A stretch of 64,000 nt of DNA from Phoronis australis (GCA_002633005.1 NMRA01000318.1:335594-399593), one strand, 5' to 3'; counted from the first letter of the stretch, positions 1 through 12,580 are shown. Notes: generated by a model from the sequence alone, not told the origin. Made by a program: numbers and translations.

Positions 1-360
1 CGGAACCATGCCTTTTTGGTAAAATTTAGCAAAAAAGAAAGATACATTGACAGAAAAACAACGGTATCAATCACACGGTCAAATTTTATTTGATACAAAT
101 GAAAACTGGAACATTGTTAAAACAGTTCCTAACAGCACTTTTGAAAACAGTACATAAAGCAGAGTATCCGAAAGTTTCATAAGAATCCGATCAGCCGTTT
201 CTAAGATGTGATGTTCCGAAGTCTGCCAAATTTGGTCATTTTTATAGAGTCCTACACCACTTCAATGGGTCCTGCGTAACATTAACGAGAACATGACAAA
301 AAGTAAAAAAATATGAGCACTGCCCAGGAAATCGCTTTCGCATAAAATGCATGTTCTCAT
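1..360. repeat. Dispersed repeat, related copies near 41450-41880 (+) and 33100-33480 (-)
   Basis: atcagccgt...agatgtgat.ttccgaagt..g.caaatttgg.cattttt shared with ~41800. Confidence 0.6.
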
Positions 361-407
361 TCAGTACCTAGCATACCACACGCACTGGTAAGATGAGCTC
401 AGCAGGA

Positions 408-478
408 GACGGTGTGGCTCAGTGGTTTGAGCTCTGGATTCCCGTTTGGGAGACCCGGGTTCGAATCCTGGCTCAACT
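408..478 (+). mobile_element. tRNA-derived SINE head or tRNA pseudogene
   Basis: A box TGGCTCAGTGG and B box GGTTCGAATCC; D and T stems form, acceptor stem does not. Confidence 0.65.
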
Positions 479-1071
479 GGCTGACAATCAAAAACAGTAA
501 GAAAAAAGCATTCCAAAACCTCCATAACAGTTGTATCCAGGCTCAAGATATTGAACTTATTGGTAACCATTCTATGCCATCAAATGCAGAAACCTATTTG
601 TGCAATTGCTGAATGAGGTTTGGTAGAATTTGTAACTACCAGGTGGCATTGCTGTCCACAAACAAGGCATGAACTAATATTAGAATTCAAGTTACTTATT
701 CAACACCACAAAATATTGGGTCGACTCGAAATATTCAGGTCAAGACAATCCAATCGGTGTATAGGCACCAAAACATCATGACAATATGCGGTCAAATCAT
801 GACATCACAGATCAAGTTTGAGTTTACTGGGAGACCGAGACAAAAACTGACTTCAATTACCATGGGATCATACATCGCTTCCAATAAAAACACAAAATTC
901 ACCTAGTTGTAGGCATTCAGTAAATCACACAAGACTCTCTTCCGACGAACACATGCGAGTACACTGCAATCTGTTCTCTATTTAGGTAATAGATAGAGGA
1001 CGCCCTCTTCATTACCACTACTCACTGAATATGGAGATTCTTATCGTTAGTGACACAGCCATATATCCTAC

Positions 1072-1265
1072 CTTATCTTTGTATGAGGAAGGAAGAAGCA
1101 AGGAAGGTTCACTGGGACACGGAAGGTCGATATAGAACCCCACTACGTCTCCCTCCTGGTAGCTTTCACCGTAATGGTAACCGCGGCTCTCGTGGAAACG
1201 AGTTCCTTTCCTCGAACGATAGGAGTAGCTGAACTTATCGTAGCCGCACGGGGCTTGAAGATTAC
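1072..1265 (-). CDS. ASH2L: ASH2L exon, SPRY ([29 protein letters not shown]...LPSSYKDK); gene continues beyond window start
   Basis: [14 protein letters not shown] motif; ccag acceptor, gtag donor; no downstream exon recognised in 1-1071. Confidence 0.96.
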
Positions 1266-1771
1266 CTGGAAGGTTGGGAATAATTAATCAGATAGATGTT
1301 TCAGAAATCAAAGTCTGAACTCGCACGAGAAGTTTGACATGGGCCAGTTACGAAACGCATTGCAACAAGTGACGAGTGCCATTTGTCACATCAGTTTACA
1401 TTGAACAAACTATTTCGTCAGTTGAAAAAACTATGAGCATGACTTACAACAATACATTCCATCTAATCTATTCAAGTTGACATCAACTACAAAATTTCCA
1501 TTTTAATACGCATGTTTACTAGTTTTCAACAACAACTGTTCAAGTATTATGTGTGCTAGCAACCATATTATACACAACAGCTGGAGTAAAGTGATTTAGA
1601 TACATTTTCAATTTAATTCCCATGCATTAAACAAAGAATTTAGCTACAATAATGGAAACATGCAACTCAAAAGAATACAAGAGCAATAGACAGAACTGCT
1701 ACATGCGTGATGCTTGGAAATGCCAAATAACAAAATCAACTACCAATCTCAAGTATAGTGTCTGGCCATAC

Positions 1772-1861
1772 CTAGCGACTGGGACCAGCCAATCCGTGCT
1801 GCTGTTTCAGCAGGCATCTCATCTATGCTGACCTCAAAGTACCATTTCCCCCTAGACACAC
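1772..1861 (-). CDS. ASH2L: ASH2L exon, SPRY ([31 protein letters not shown])
   Basis: WYFE...RxGWSQ SPRY motif; GT-AG. Confidence 0.96.
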
Positions 1862-2730
1862 CTGCATGTAACAAACAGAAACAGGTCAAGGCACAAATTG
1901 TCATCGAAGATTTATTTCCTTCAGAATCACAAGCAGTTTATGTACACTCGGTAAAGATATTAAATAGTACTGGATAATAGGACAAAGCCAAATGAAAATC
2001 TACAAAACCATGAAATTCTTGGAAAACTACAGTAGCTTATTGAGCCAAAGACCTCCCCCATTTACAAATTTCTTGTGGTTTTACCTGCCCATTGATTAGC
2101 TTAAAGAGGTCAAAACAATATTGCTCGCCACTTTTATGGATTGACATGTCCCAAGGATGCATAGCCCATTGTACTTGACTAGTAAGACCATTGTGTTATG
2201 ACACGGAAGTGTTTAAGTTGTAAGTCTTGTTTTGATTCACAGAATAACCAATTTAGTTCTTAAGGCGCGATAGCCCTTCTAGTTTCCCACAAACTAAATG
2301 TACTATGTCCACAAAGGAACTCATGGGTGATTTTACCGTGATACACACCAAAAACATGTTGTCCTGCACCTGAAAGTATGCACAATATAACTTCAGGACT
2401 TCCAAATAAATAAAATTTCAATTAACAACATTTCCTGTATGATATACATCGAAAAGAATCATGATCATTGATCTGGGTTCAAAAATCCTTGTGTCATTGC
2501 ACTCTCTAACAACAAACGCGAAAAAAATTAATCAGGGTCCGCGGAAAAATCTGTTCCGCAATTATTTTCATTATTTTTAGAGAATGCAAGAGCACAAATC
2601 TTAGGTGATTTTTTGGACACAAATCGAACATAACGATTTGTATTTTTTGAATAACATAAAAAATCTTTAATTTGAATTTGAATTAAATCTTCCTTATTTG
2701 CCAAACTTGCGTCCAGCATTTTAACTTTAC

Positions 2731-2808
2731 CATGAGTTGCTCTGATCATACTGTATCCTTTCTCCCCTGTTATGGTCAGTCGGTCATCCGAGACTTTCAG
2801 TTGGCCAG
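2731..2808 (-). CDS. ASH2L: ASH2L exon, SPRY start ([27 protein letters not shown])
   Basis: Conserved ASH2 SPRY motif; GT-AG; phase 1/1. Confidence 0.97.
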
Positions 2809-3419
2809 CTGAAAAACAATAAGTAGACCAACACCGTATGTAAGACTTTGTTAGAACAGCAGACGCACAAAAACAAACGCGACAAAACCGAATTGAGAAG
2901 TTCAAGAGTTCATTTAAAGGATACCAGAGCGTAGTCCAACAGAAGCCAAACTCACACTAGTTACAGCACACAGACTTCTTAACACACTCATATCTCTTCA
3001 CTGTCGTCTTAAAAAATGGAAAGGTAATCACTTGAAGATCAAGCATATTGGGATGCTGTTAAATACCATGTGTCTCACTGTAGTTCTACATAGGAAAAAT
3101 CGGAGAGTACTTGAAGGACTGCATACTTGAAATTTTTTTTTAACATTACAACATAAGCTCAAGAGACAAAGGTTGTTTGTAAGTAAATTGAGTCAAGTGT
3201 TTAGCAAATCCTATTCTAAAAATTGGGAGCAAATGTTACCTTTTAGTGCTTGCAATATTTAATGAAATCAGATTGTACTGAATCATGATAACCCTTGATG
3301 AGATGTAGAGCAGAAAAACAGTTTTAGGTCTTAATTTTTTTGGAAATTTACACGGAAAATTCCCGCATCTCCAATGAAAGCAGTTATAGTGCATGAACCC
3401 ACACTTCGTGTCAATTTAC

Positions 3420-3637
3420 CTCTGTCATTGAGCGATTGTACCACTTGTGGGTGAATAAACGTCCTGTACAGATAGCCAGGGATGGGCTTACCAGCCCAGT
3501 CAAGACTTTCATCGAACGCTTGTCTGTTGGGTGCGTGTGGATCGGGCTCGGCCAGAATATATCGGTAGCCATCTTTATTAAACGGGTGCTCCAGAGGGTA
3601 GCCATACATGTCCAGACGGGTACTGTTCCCAGTCTCA
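3420..3637 (-). CDS. ASH2L: ASH2L exon ([25 protein letters not shown]...[13 protein letters not shown]...NDR)
   Basis: Highly conserved ASH2 pre-SPRY motif within ORF 3331-3693. Confidence 0.97.
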
Positions 3638-4022
3638 CTGAAGAAAATGACCATGATTATAATTTGGATACCAAGAGTCGGAGAAATGACCACGAGTCTA
3701 GGCAGGTTGTGTTGGCGGTCTCGCTGAAGAAAATGACCATGATATTAATTTGGATATCAAAAGTCAGAGAAATAACCATGTGTCTAGGCAGGTTGTGTTG
3801 GCTGTCTCGCTGAAGAAAATGACCATGATATTAATTTGGATATCAAAAGTCAGAGAAATAACCATGTGTCTATGCAGGTTGTGTTGCCAGTTTCACTAAA
3901 TGACCATATTAATTTGGATACCAACAGTCAGAGAAATAACCACATGTCTAGGCAGGTTGTGCTGCCAGTTTCACTGAGGAAAATGACCAGCACATTTATG
4001 GATATCAAGTATTAGAGAAATA
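3631..4022. repeat. 86-bp tandem repeat (~4.5 copies) overlapping an ASH2L splice acceptor
   Basis: Acceptor-equivalent position recurs at 3638, 3724, 3810, 3896 and 3974. Confidence 0.92.
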
Positions 4023-4300
4023 AAATCTAGTCATTGCCAGTGTTAACCCAATACATTAACTGACGACGTAACTAGCAGTGGTTTTGTGCAGATGAAATAC
4101 AGCACTATTTAAAATGCTTGGACTACATAAATTCGATAACAATGTACCTACAGCAGTGATCAAAATGAGAAGTGCTGGTTATCAAAAGTACTCAATTACA
4201 AATATGGCATAATTAAGAAATGCGGGCCATCACAAAAAAGTAAATAATTAAATCACACGACTTTTCCAACTTTTTGGCTGGTTCTATTTCCATAACTAAC

Positions 4301-4467
4301 CTTTTCTTTTGCTTCTGTCCTTGTTGTGTCTGTGACTCAGCTGCTTTCCTCTTCGTTCCTCGGCCTTTGCTATCATTCAGCGATGACGTAGGTTTTACAC
4401 TTTCTGTCTTGGAGCTTAGCGACAGAGTCTTCAGAGTCTCAAAGTTGGGTCCAATTTTCGGTAGGTC
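4301..4467 (-). CDS. ASH2L: ASH2L exon (DLPKIGPNFETLK...GRGTKRK...QKKR), basic NLS-like linker
   Basis: Within ORF 4213-4476; DLxxIGP and GRGxKRK motifs; GT-AG. Confidence 0.92.
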
Positions 4468-5161
4468 CTGAAACATAAGACGTGTATCCTTTTGTATGTT
4501 CTTTTGCTGAAAGCCGTATAAGAGAAACTGACATAAACAGGCAACTATTAAGGCTTTGAAGACAAAATGTTACTATCACAGCCTGGTAAGCAATGATGCC
4601 ATTAACATAAGAACAGGTCGTACAATTCACACTTACTGGAACCATTATAAAAAAAACATGAACACAGTCCGGTAAAAAATTAAAACACCACGCAAACACG
4701 GAGGAAATTCTTCATCAACAGAAAATCAAAAATACCTCCCTAATGCAGATCCAGTAGCCACCACATCACAGATAGCAGTCTGATAATTAATACAGACACA
4801 AATTCATCTTTCTTAATGGTTCACTTTAAAATCTTAAGAACACCATCAGGAGAATACAAACACCTATGTCCAACATCACAAAAAGTATGACTGATGCTAA
4901 GCAGTTGAAGTAAACATGATATTGCCTACTAACATTAATAGCAGAGGTCATAGTAACTAGGGGCTGCTTGTGAATTACTGGTTCATTTTATATTATCTGA
5001 ATGGTGAGAAAGCAATGCATAAGGGCATTTGCAAGCTATATGTTTCACTTAACAACTCGGACCGTTGCATAACTAGCGCCACCCAGTGATCAGACAGCTT
5101 CTGTAGGCTACTAAAAATTCCATCAATCTCATTCTGCAGAAACACTACTAAGTGTACGTAC

Positions 5162-5227
5162 CGCATAACACAAGCCAAACAGTGGCTCTGCTTCCTCGGA
5201 GCATGTGAATATCTCATTCTCTTTGAG
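5162..5227 (-). CDS. ASH2L: ASH2L exon (LKENEIFTCSEEAEPLFGLCYA)
   Basis: KExxxF...PxFGL as in ASH2; 66 nt, phase 0/0. Confidence 0.88.
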
Positions 5228-5549
5228 CTGCATGAAAAGATATTGTATATCTCAAAATACGAGTTAACTATATGAAGAATAATCAAACATCTCTGAATTC
5301 TTGGACAATGAGTACTGTTGAGAAACATAATTTAATGTTGGATGTTTTACTAAAACTTGTAAGACAGTCCGAATTATTTTTAAAATTATCAATACCGCTA
5401 TGGTTTAAACAAAGATTAATTTTTCCATGAGAAATGCATTTTTCAAGTTGCTGGTCATGCTTGAGAAACAATGGCTTCAAAAAATGCACAAAAGCACATC
5501 GCACGCAGAACTATTTTGGATACATACACATGGAGACAAACACAAAAAT

Positions 5550-6550
5550 ATAGAACTACCACTAGGGGGCGCCGGGCATTGCATTAGTCGAATATTTCCA
5601 AGAATTGACGTCGGCCAGGTTTCCAAATTTCCATCAATAGAAGCGCCCGAGACAAATTTTCTAATGATTCTTCAAATCATCCGGCAAAGAGAAAGATGTT
5701 TGCTAAAAAGGACACCAAAATACTAAAAATGTCACTAGTAAATGGACAACATGCCAGAGAAGTAAGAAAATGAACAGGTACTACTGTCTCTTCCCTTGCA
5801 GAAGATTGTGTCAAATTTCATGAAGTTCCAACAAGGGAATCCAGTGTTAATTACAGAAGTAGTTGGGTTCATCAATGAGTCAATGTAATCCTTGCTGTTG
5901 TTGACAGGAGAGTAACTACCGATATCCATACTGAACTTGGAAGATAGTGAGGTAGGCACCAAAAATAAAACTCCAACTGGGACACATAGCAGAAGTTGGA
6001 AAGATCCAAACAATAACATCAGCCATGCTGGAAACATATCAGATAAATTTCACAACAGTCCTTCAGCTAACCGGGTAGATATTGTGACAGGCACAAAAAT
6101 ACAACTGCCACTAGGAGGCAGAGCTGTATTCAAAACTGTCTGAACATGAACATCAGCCCTGCTCTCGTCAACAGGAACATATTCCTCAAATTTCATGATC
6201 ATACTTTGACAAACCATGAAGTGGGCACAAAAAATAAAATTATCACAAGGGGTAATAGTGGCATTAGGATCTGTCCAAAATCATCAACAAGCCATCGTCA
6301 AATTTCAAAATAATTCTTCAAACCAATTGGGAGATAGAGAGGTGAACACCAAAAATGAACCAAAATACTAAAATGTCAATAGGCGGTACAGCAGTAGTCG
6401 GATCCCTCTGAAAGTTGTTGCCATCTGTCCTCAACTTCAAACGAAACACAAATGCCAAATTTCATGAAAAAGCTTGCACAGGGTTTAAGAGATCAACAGC
6501 AGACACCAGACAGAGATGAAGGCAATATGCATCCTTATCATGAAACATGT
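5550..6550. repeat. Intronic copy of the CACTAGG-core repeat family in ASH2L
   Basis: cactagggggcgc, cactaggaggc, aaatttcatgaa and caaaatactaaaa motifs shared with the 59-64 kb arrays. Confidence 0.6.
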
Positions 6551-6855
6551 TAATCAGGGATGAGGGAGCGTGTGAAAAATATCCCCCATGATGTAAGAAT
6601 TTTGTGACAAGGGCTGAAAAGACCTCTACATGAATGAACACTGCTGACCTTGTAGGGTGAAGGAGGAAGTGTTTTTAAAACCTAACAGTTCAATCTCCTC
6701 AGAGACCAACGACATCAACAACCAACAGTTGATAACAAAATCATGCTTCCTGGACAACGGAAAACGTCAGGAAATCATTCACGTGAACAAAACCTTTAGG
6801 GGAATGGTTGAAACATTACAAAAACTTAAAATAGTATAAATTCGTCTGTGTCATG

Positions 6856-6889
6856 CCCTTGATAAAGAGCGTACCGCTCAAACGTGGGG
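6856..6889 (+). ncRNA. Degenerate minimal hammerhead relic
   Basis: CCC-TTGATAA-A-GAGCG tac CGCTC-AAA-CG-T-GGG; core boxes mutated. Confidence 0.35.
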
Positions 6890-7313
6890 AATATTTTAAT
6901 AAATTATGTTTCAGTACCAACATTCTTCGTTTTACCTTACACTATTTTATTCTTTTTAAACGTCAGTAAATGCAAGGCATTCCAACACCTATTTTATTTA
7001 ATGACAAAAACTTAAAGATGCATTTCACCGTTGTTTAGCTGTTAAAACTGAATTCTTCAAAAAAGCGTAACTTTCGACTCCACAATTTTAGGCTTGACGA
7101 ACCCCAATAAACTCTGAAGTGCTTTCTTGAGTTGCTTATGGTTTCGATGTTCTTATTGGTAATGGAAATAAAATCTCATGATTTTTATGAGACTGACTTT
7201 ACGAGAATAAAAGGTCTAAGTCTATTTTTGTATTTAGCCAGACAAACAGGATGAAACGTTACTAAACCAGTAGTTTCTAAACAAGTATCATCAGCTGTTG
7301 CCAACACTCGTAC

Positions 7314-7409
7314 CAATGTTTTGGCTATTGTGGTATGCCAAGTTTGCTTGACTCTACGCGGAAGTGTGGTAATAGAATCCCAGTTCTCTTCAATGTAAGG
7401 AATAATTTC
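7314..7409 (-). CDS. ASH2L: ASH2L exon, winged helix (EIIPYIEENWDSITTLPRRVKQTWHTTIAKTL)
   Basis: IIPxIxxxW...TW motif; GT-AG; 96 nt, phase 0/0. Confidence 0.95.
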
Positions 7410-7781
7410 CTGAAAAAAGCAATGAAGACATGATCAGCTGCCAATCTTTCATCAATAAGACTAAACATTGTTCAGTTAAAGGGGACATTGCCAGCAAAAA
7501 AGGACTTTCTGAGATCAGTCTCCATGCACATTCGAACCTACAACCCAGTGGTCACAGTGTAATGTTTTCACTATATTACAGTAAGCCTATTTAACTGATT
7601 GAGTGACTGGCTTCGATTTCCGCAAATGTCTGGCAGACAACAGTGAGAATTGGAAATTTGTGATAAAACACAAAAGATTTTATTGTTTCATAGCTCCAGA
7701 AAAATGTAATAACCATGAATGTTTGTTGTGTTTCTTAGATGGATCTCATAAAATTGAGATTAGTAAAGATTTGGAACCTAC

Positions 7782-7861
7782 CTTGTCTTTTGAAAACATG
7801 TTCCTTGGTGCAAACTGACTCATCAGATTAGCAATAGCAGTGTGACACATTTGACTGAAAC
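7782..7861 (-). CDS. ASH2L: ASH2L exon, winged helix (SFSQMCHTAIANLMSQFAPRNMFSKDK)
   Basis: MCxxAxANL...MFSKDK as in ASH2; phases match neighbours. Confidence 0.95.
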
Positions 7862-8583
7862 CTGAGAGAGAACAGGTGATACATACTTGTAATCAATTAA
7901 AGATCTTCCACAGAGGACTATGTCATCTTTATAACTCAGACATAAATTCACGTGCAATGGATGATAATTGGCAATTATGAATCTGATCAACAAAATTTTT
8001 AGAAATACAGTAAAACTTACATAAGTCGGATATGTTTAAGTGAAACTTTTATTCCACTCGGACAGAGTTTCATAACACTCGGCCCTTCAAATAAGTTGCA
8101 TTTTGCCTTGCCCAGAAAAAGAATCTCTTGGTCCAGTTGGGTCCGACTTATGCAAATTTTGTTGTACTTCAAACCAGAGTTCTCTGGCTTTGAAAGTCTT
8201 TCATTTCGTGACTTTGACATGTTATTGCTCCAAATTCAAATTAATTTCCTTGAAGACCATGGGCCCGGTGTAAACCCGGTGTAAGTCCGGTTGTAGCTAA
8301 GATGCAGCGTCGCCTTCGCAATAACATGCCTCCGACCATCCTAGTTACGACTGGACAGATGACCGTGGACAAAACCAGGCACAGATCTTTATTCTGTGGC
8401 ACGCCATGTGGTAAAAAAACTTAATCAGACACTAAGGGTAAAGATAATATTCTCAAAGAATAATACAGTAATACCATCTATATCATCATTCACTAAAGGT
8501 TCCCTAACACACAAGTATAACACGGCAGACCAATGCACCTTACGGTTAATGTAAGGAACAAGAACAATGCAGAGGCAACTCAC

Positions 8584-8669
8584 TGGCTTGCTTTTTGGTG
8601 AAACTTTCTCCACTGGTGCTACACACTTTGCAGAAGAACTGGTAGTTTGTCATGAAGGGGACACAGGGT
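8584..8669 (-). CDS. ASH2L: ASH2L exon (PCVPFMTNYQFFCKVCSTSGESFTKKQA)
   Basis: PFMTNYxFxCxxC is diagnostic for ASH2; gtgagt donor. Confidence 0.95.
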
Positions 8670-9184
8670 CTATAAATAAACAAGAGCCAAACATTACAAG
8701 CATTTTATAATAAAAAATGTGTTTTATTTCTACTACATTTCTCTATGTTGCCTATATCAAGGTACACATGAACATCGTGTATAACAACTTACAAGTAAAA
8801 ATAGTTTTTAGAAGTTGACAATTATTTTCCTGCTATTAACTCAGCAAAACTTGAAAGCAAAACTTGAAAGCAAAACTTGAAAGCAAACTTCAGCTACTTA
8901 TCTTGAGATTTACACATTATTTTCTGACTTCAAATATAAAACTTAAGGCAAACTTTGATGAACGTAAACCAATTCAACATGAACTTCGGAGGCTGTGAAC
9001 GGACACATCTCAGATTTCTTTCAATGGCCAAAAGTTGGGAGCCATGTGATTGTGAATCGCAACACATCATGCAATTCAGTACATATTTCAGAGAGAGTGT
9101 TTTCAGTCCTTGATAATAATTCATTTCGGATGGAAAATAAGTTCTCGGTTTACAGGGAGAGTGACTGAAAAACTGAAAGCATAC

Positions 9185-9274
9185 CTGAACTCGCACTTGA
9201 TACAATCAGCATGGTACCATCTTAAACACATGCCACATTGTAGCTCTAGAGATCCCAGCCTTCGTTCAAGACCA
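9185..9274 (-). CDS. ASH2L: ASH2L exon, PHD finger (GLERRLGSLELQCGMCLRWYHADCIKCEF)
   Basis: ELQCxxCxxWxH motif of the ASH2 PHD; GT-AG; phase 2/2. Confidence 0.93.
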
Positions 9275-9289
9275 CTACATGGAATATAG

Positions 9290-9465
9290 ATCATTGAAAT
9301 GTGTGAACAGAGATGTGGTAGGGCACATAGTAACTTCATTTATACCATGTGAAATGTGTAAACAGTGACATGAAAGGGCACATAGTAACTGTACCTATTA
9401 CCATGTGATGTGTGAACAGCTACGCAGTAGGGCACATAGCAATTGTATCTACATCATGTGAAATT
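9290..9465. repeat. ~55-bp tandem repeat (3 copies) just upstream of an ASH2L acceptor
   Basis: atgtgt(g/a)aacag...agggcacatag...catgtga three times. Confidence 0.85.
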
Positions 9466-9786
9466 CCTCACTTTGAATATTAAATAAGACACATATGGTA
9501 CAGTTCAAGAAGTGAAGTCCAACAAGCATGGACACTGCTAAAAACAATGCACAATTTACTGGGGTAATATATAAACTGCTACTTATTACTAGAATAGCAA
9601 GCAACTTTAACAAATCGAAGTCTAACTAAAAAATGAATTACAATATTGCTCAGTTCCAATTGATTTACGTGAAACTCCGCAGGAAAACTGAAACTGAACT
9701 GGGTGCACACATGACTTTCAATTAAATAGCCATTAGAAATAAATTAGCTTATACAAAAACGAACAAGAAATATATGTTTCATTTAC

Positions 9787-9876
9787 CAATAACAAAGTTC
9801 TGAATCCAGTCCCTTGGCCAGGTCTTCTGAGCTCATTTGTGATGAAGAGTCTTGGCTAGTTTCATCAGTCATTCCT
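9787..9876 (-). CDS. ASH2L: ASH2L exon (GMTDETSQDSSSQMSSEDLAKGLDSELCYC)
   Basis: tttcag acceptor, gtaaat donor; ends in CYC, the start of the PHD finger. Confidence 0.85.
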
Positions 9877-10620
9877 CTGAAATGTCCACGCGCACGATAC
9901 TTCAATTGGCGCAATGGTTAGCAAAATTTGAACATGTGAATTTAGTTACTAATTCTTTATAATAAAGTTGGTTGTGTACCATCGCTGAGCCTAATATGGT
10001 AGTGCAATGGTTATGTCGAAATATAGACATGGTAACAGTAAAAAATGGTTGCCATAAATGCAAGATTCTAATTTGAGAAGTCACCCCACAGATGCCAGAT
10101 GACGTGCTCTCGTCAGTCAAATTTTGAACACATCACTCGGTTAAAATATCACTAATTAATGCCAGTAAATTAAGTAGAACTAGCAAATGAAAATTTTTTT
10201 TTAATTACCACTTAACATCATCAAAATTCTAAACAGTTTTATTCAGTTTTCACCATCAGAAACAACTTTTAACATTTTTAAGTTTAATTAGTAAAATTAA
10301 ACTGGGGAAGGGCATTTAAAAATGGAGTCTGTTGAGGATTTTTGAGTGACATCATTTAATGACAGATTAATAAAAATTGGTACTTTAAGTTTTTGTGAAG
10401 GAAACGTGAATAGTACAGAGGGTGATTCATTTAGAATCTGAAATCCAGGTAGTCAGTATGGCAGTTCCAGACCACTAATTAAACCTATGGCTTTAATGAA
10501 CGTATTTGACAAATCCAAAGTAAACTATCCCGGTAGAAAATGTCTTCTTCTGTCTGACAATGTGCATACTTTGTAAAATTAGCCAAAAATAGATAACTTA
10601 GGAATTTTTTCTTGACTCAC

Positions 10621-10652
10621 CTACCAGGCCAGCTTTGGCTCATTGAAGCCAT
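10621..10652 (-). CDS. ASH2L: Candidate alternative ASH2L first coding exon (MASMSQSWPG-R)
   Basis: ATG at 10652; consensus donor AG|gtgagt; phase 2, in frame with exon 9787-9876. Confidence 0.4.
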
Positions 10653-11899
10653 AGCATATCACACAATAAAAACTGACGCAGAAGGTTGTATCTTTAGAGT
10701 TTAGACTTAAATATTTCGGCTCAACAAACATGAACCCGACACTAAATTTAAACAAGTTTAACTTTCATTTTCGGATATGAAGAAGTATGAGCGCAGAAAA
10801 GTACGGTCGATGTGCAGTTACCTCCAACTTGATAGCAAGAACTACAGCCGCGGTCACAAATGTCTCATTAACCACACCGTTTTATCAACAGCACCTCTGC
10901 CGTAAAGTTAGTGTTGTGATTTGAAAAGTGACGTCAAACGTTAACCTACCTAGTTTTTACTTGAATGCCATTTGGAAACAGGAGTATTTTTTGAAGGATG
11001 TCTTCCAGTCACAAGCCAGTGCTTCTCACGTGTGTTAGCTCCTCTTGCATTTCTCAATTCAGAAATTTGGAACGTGCAACTTCACAGTTGATGATGAACC
11101 ACATACATTAAGGCTTGAAAGCTAGTGTTTTTAGTAAATATTTTAACGTTTAAGCCCGTTGCTTGCCATAAGATCTGGACATAAAAATTCATTCTTAAAT
11201 TAATTAGCCCGTCGAGCATGCAACTTTAAAATTTCACTTGCCCTACAGCAAAAGTTACCTGCAGTTGGGCCATCGGGCTAGACCTGCCCCTGATCTGTTC
11301 GTGTTTCCTTCAAATATTCGCAATCACAAATCAAAGAAATTTGTTGTTAATAATGGCCAGCCAGTTCCAGACACATGACTCCTTCCTCTGTTCCCGCCTA
11401 CAACCGATAAAACTCTCGGAGACTATTCTTGTTTCTTGTGTGTGGGGAATTAGGCAACAAGTAGGGCTCCCTCTGCTGGCTTTTTAAGAGGCTGCAATAC
11501 TCCCAATTGTCTTCTTTACTTAGCTCACCACATGTATTTTAAACGAGTTGTAGACCAAATCCGCTCACTGAATAAGAGGTTTTCATCTCGTCAAAAATAC
11601 GTTTTACACTTAAAAGTGTCACTTAAAACGTGAAACATGACGACATTTCATGTTTTTTTTTTCTGTGTTTGTTAGCACCAGTACTTTATTTTGGTTCATT
11701 CATGAATGAACCAAAATAAAGTAGTGCTTCGTCTTCTTCCCATATACAACAAACGATCATGATTTCGATCCTTACTTGTTGGCGCATGTTAGTATAAAAC
11801 TGCAAAAAATAACGATAAAACAAAGTGCTGGGGAGTACCAAGATAAAACAGGTTCTATTGATTACTGTATAAGATTGATGTTCAGGATGTGACCTGTGA

Positions 11900-12580
11900 A
11901 TATTTCTATCGTTTCTGACAAGATGACGAATTGTGAGAGTCTATTCCAGAGTAAAATGGTAGATGGAAAGAGTTTGCATAGTATGCAGTGCGGATGTATA
12001 ATCTTTCAAAGGTACGAAAGTGGGAGTTACGTGATTTGGAGGTATGTAGGAGTGGAAGGTATGAGTGAGGAATAGCAACCAGCTTATGGATGGTCTTTTG
12101 CAGAAGGGACAGTTTGTTTTGAGCTCGTCTTTCTTGGAGGGTGGGCCATTTGAGAGTTGTGAGCATGGATTAAACAAAAGAGTACCTTGAGTAGTCATTT
12201 AAAACGAACCTGGCTGCTCTACGCTGTATTTTTCTATTTTTTTAATATTTGTGCGAGTGGATGGATCCCAGACAGAGGAGTATTCGAGTTTCGGTCTAAC
12301 AAGTGAAATGTAGGCAAGGGCTTTTGTTTTTTGAGGAGCATATTTGAGATTTCGTTTAATGAAGCCAAGAGATTTGTTTGCCTTTGAGGTGATTGCGTCT
12401 ATATGAGTGTTCCATGATAAATTATTGGTGAGAGTGACCCCGAGGTATGGGGCTTCATCAATGCATTTGAGTGAAGCGTTGTGTAGACTGTAATTGTATA
12501 TTATGGGGGAATGTTTTCTGTGGATACGAAGAATATTGCATTTGTAATTATTAAAGATCATTTTCCAGGAATTTTCCCAA
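11900..12580 (-). mobile_element. 5'-truncated, frameshifted LINE (CR1/L2-group) ORF2 C-terminal fragment in ASH2L intron 1
   Basis: FNxxKC...YLGVTL..NLSWNTHI...KANKSLGFIKRN...AYxSLVRPKLEY..VWDP, then L.WPTLQERR in a shifted frame. Confidence 0.9.

Noticed and set aside
408-478. Functional tRNA gene
   Set aside because: Acceptor stem does not pair and the anticodon stem is weak; kept only as a SINE head or pseudogene
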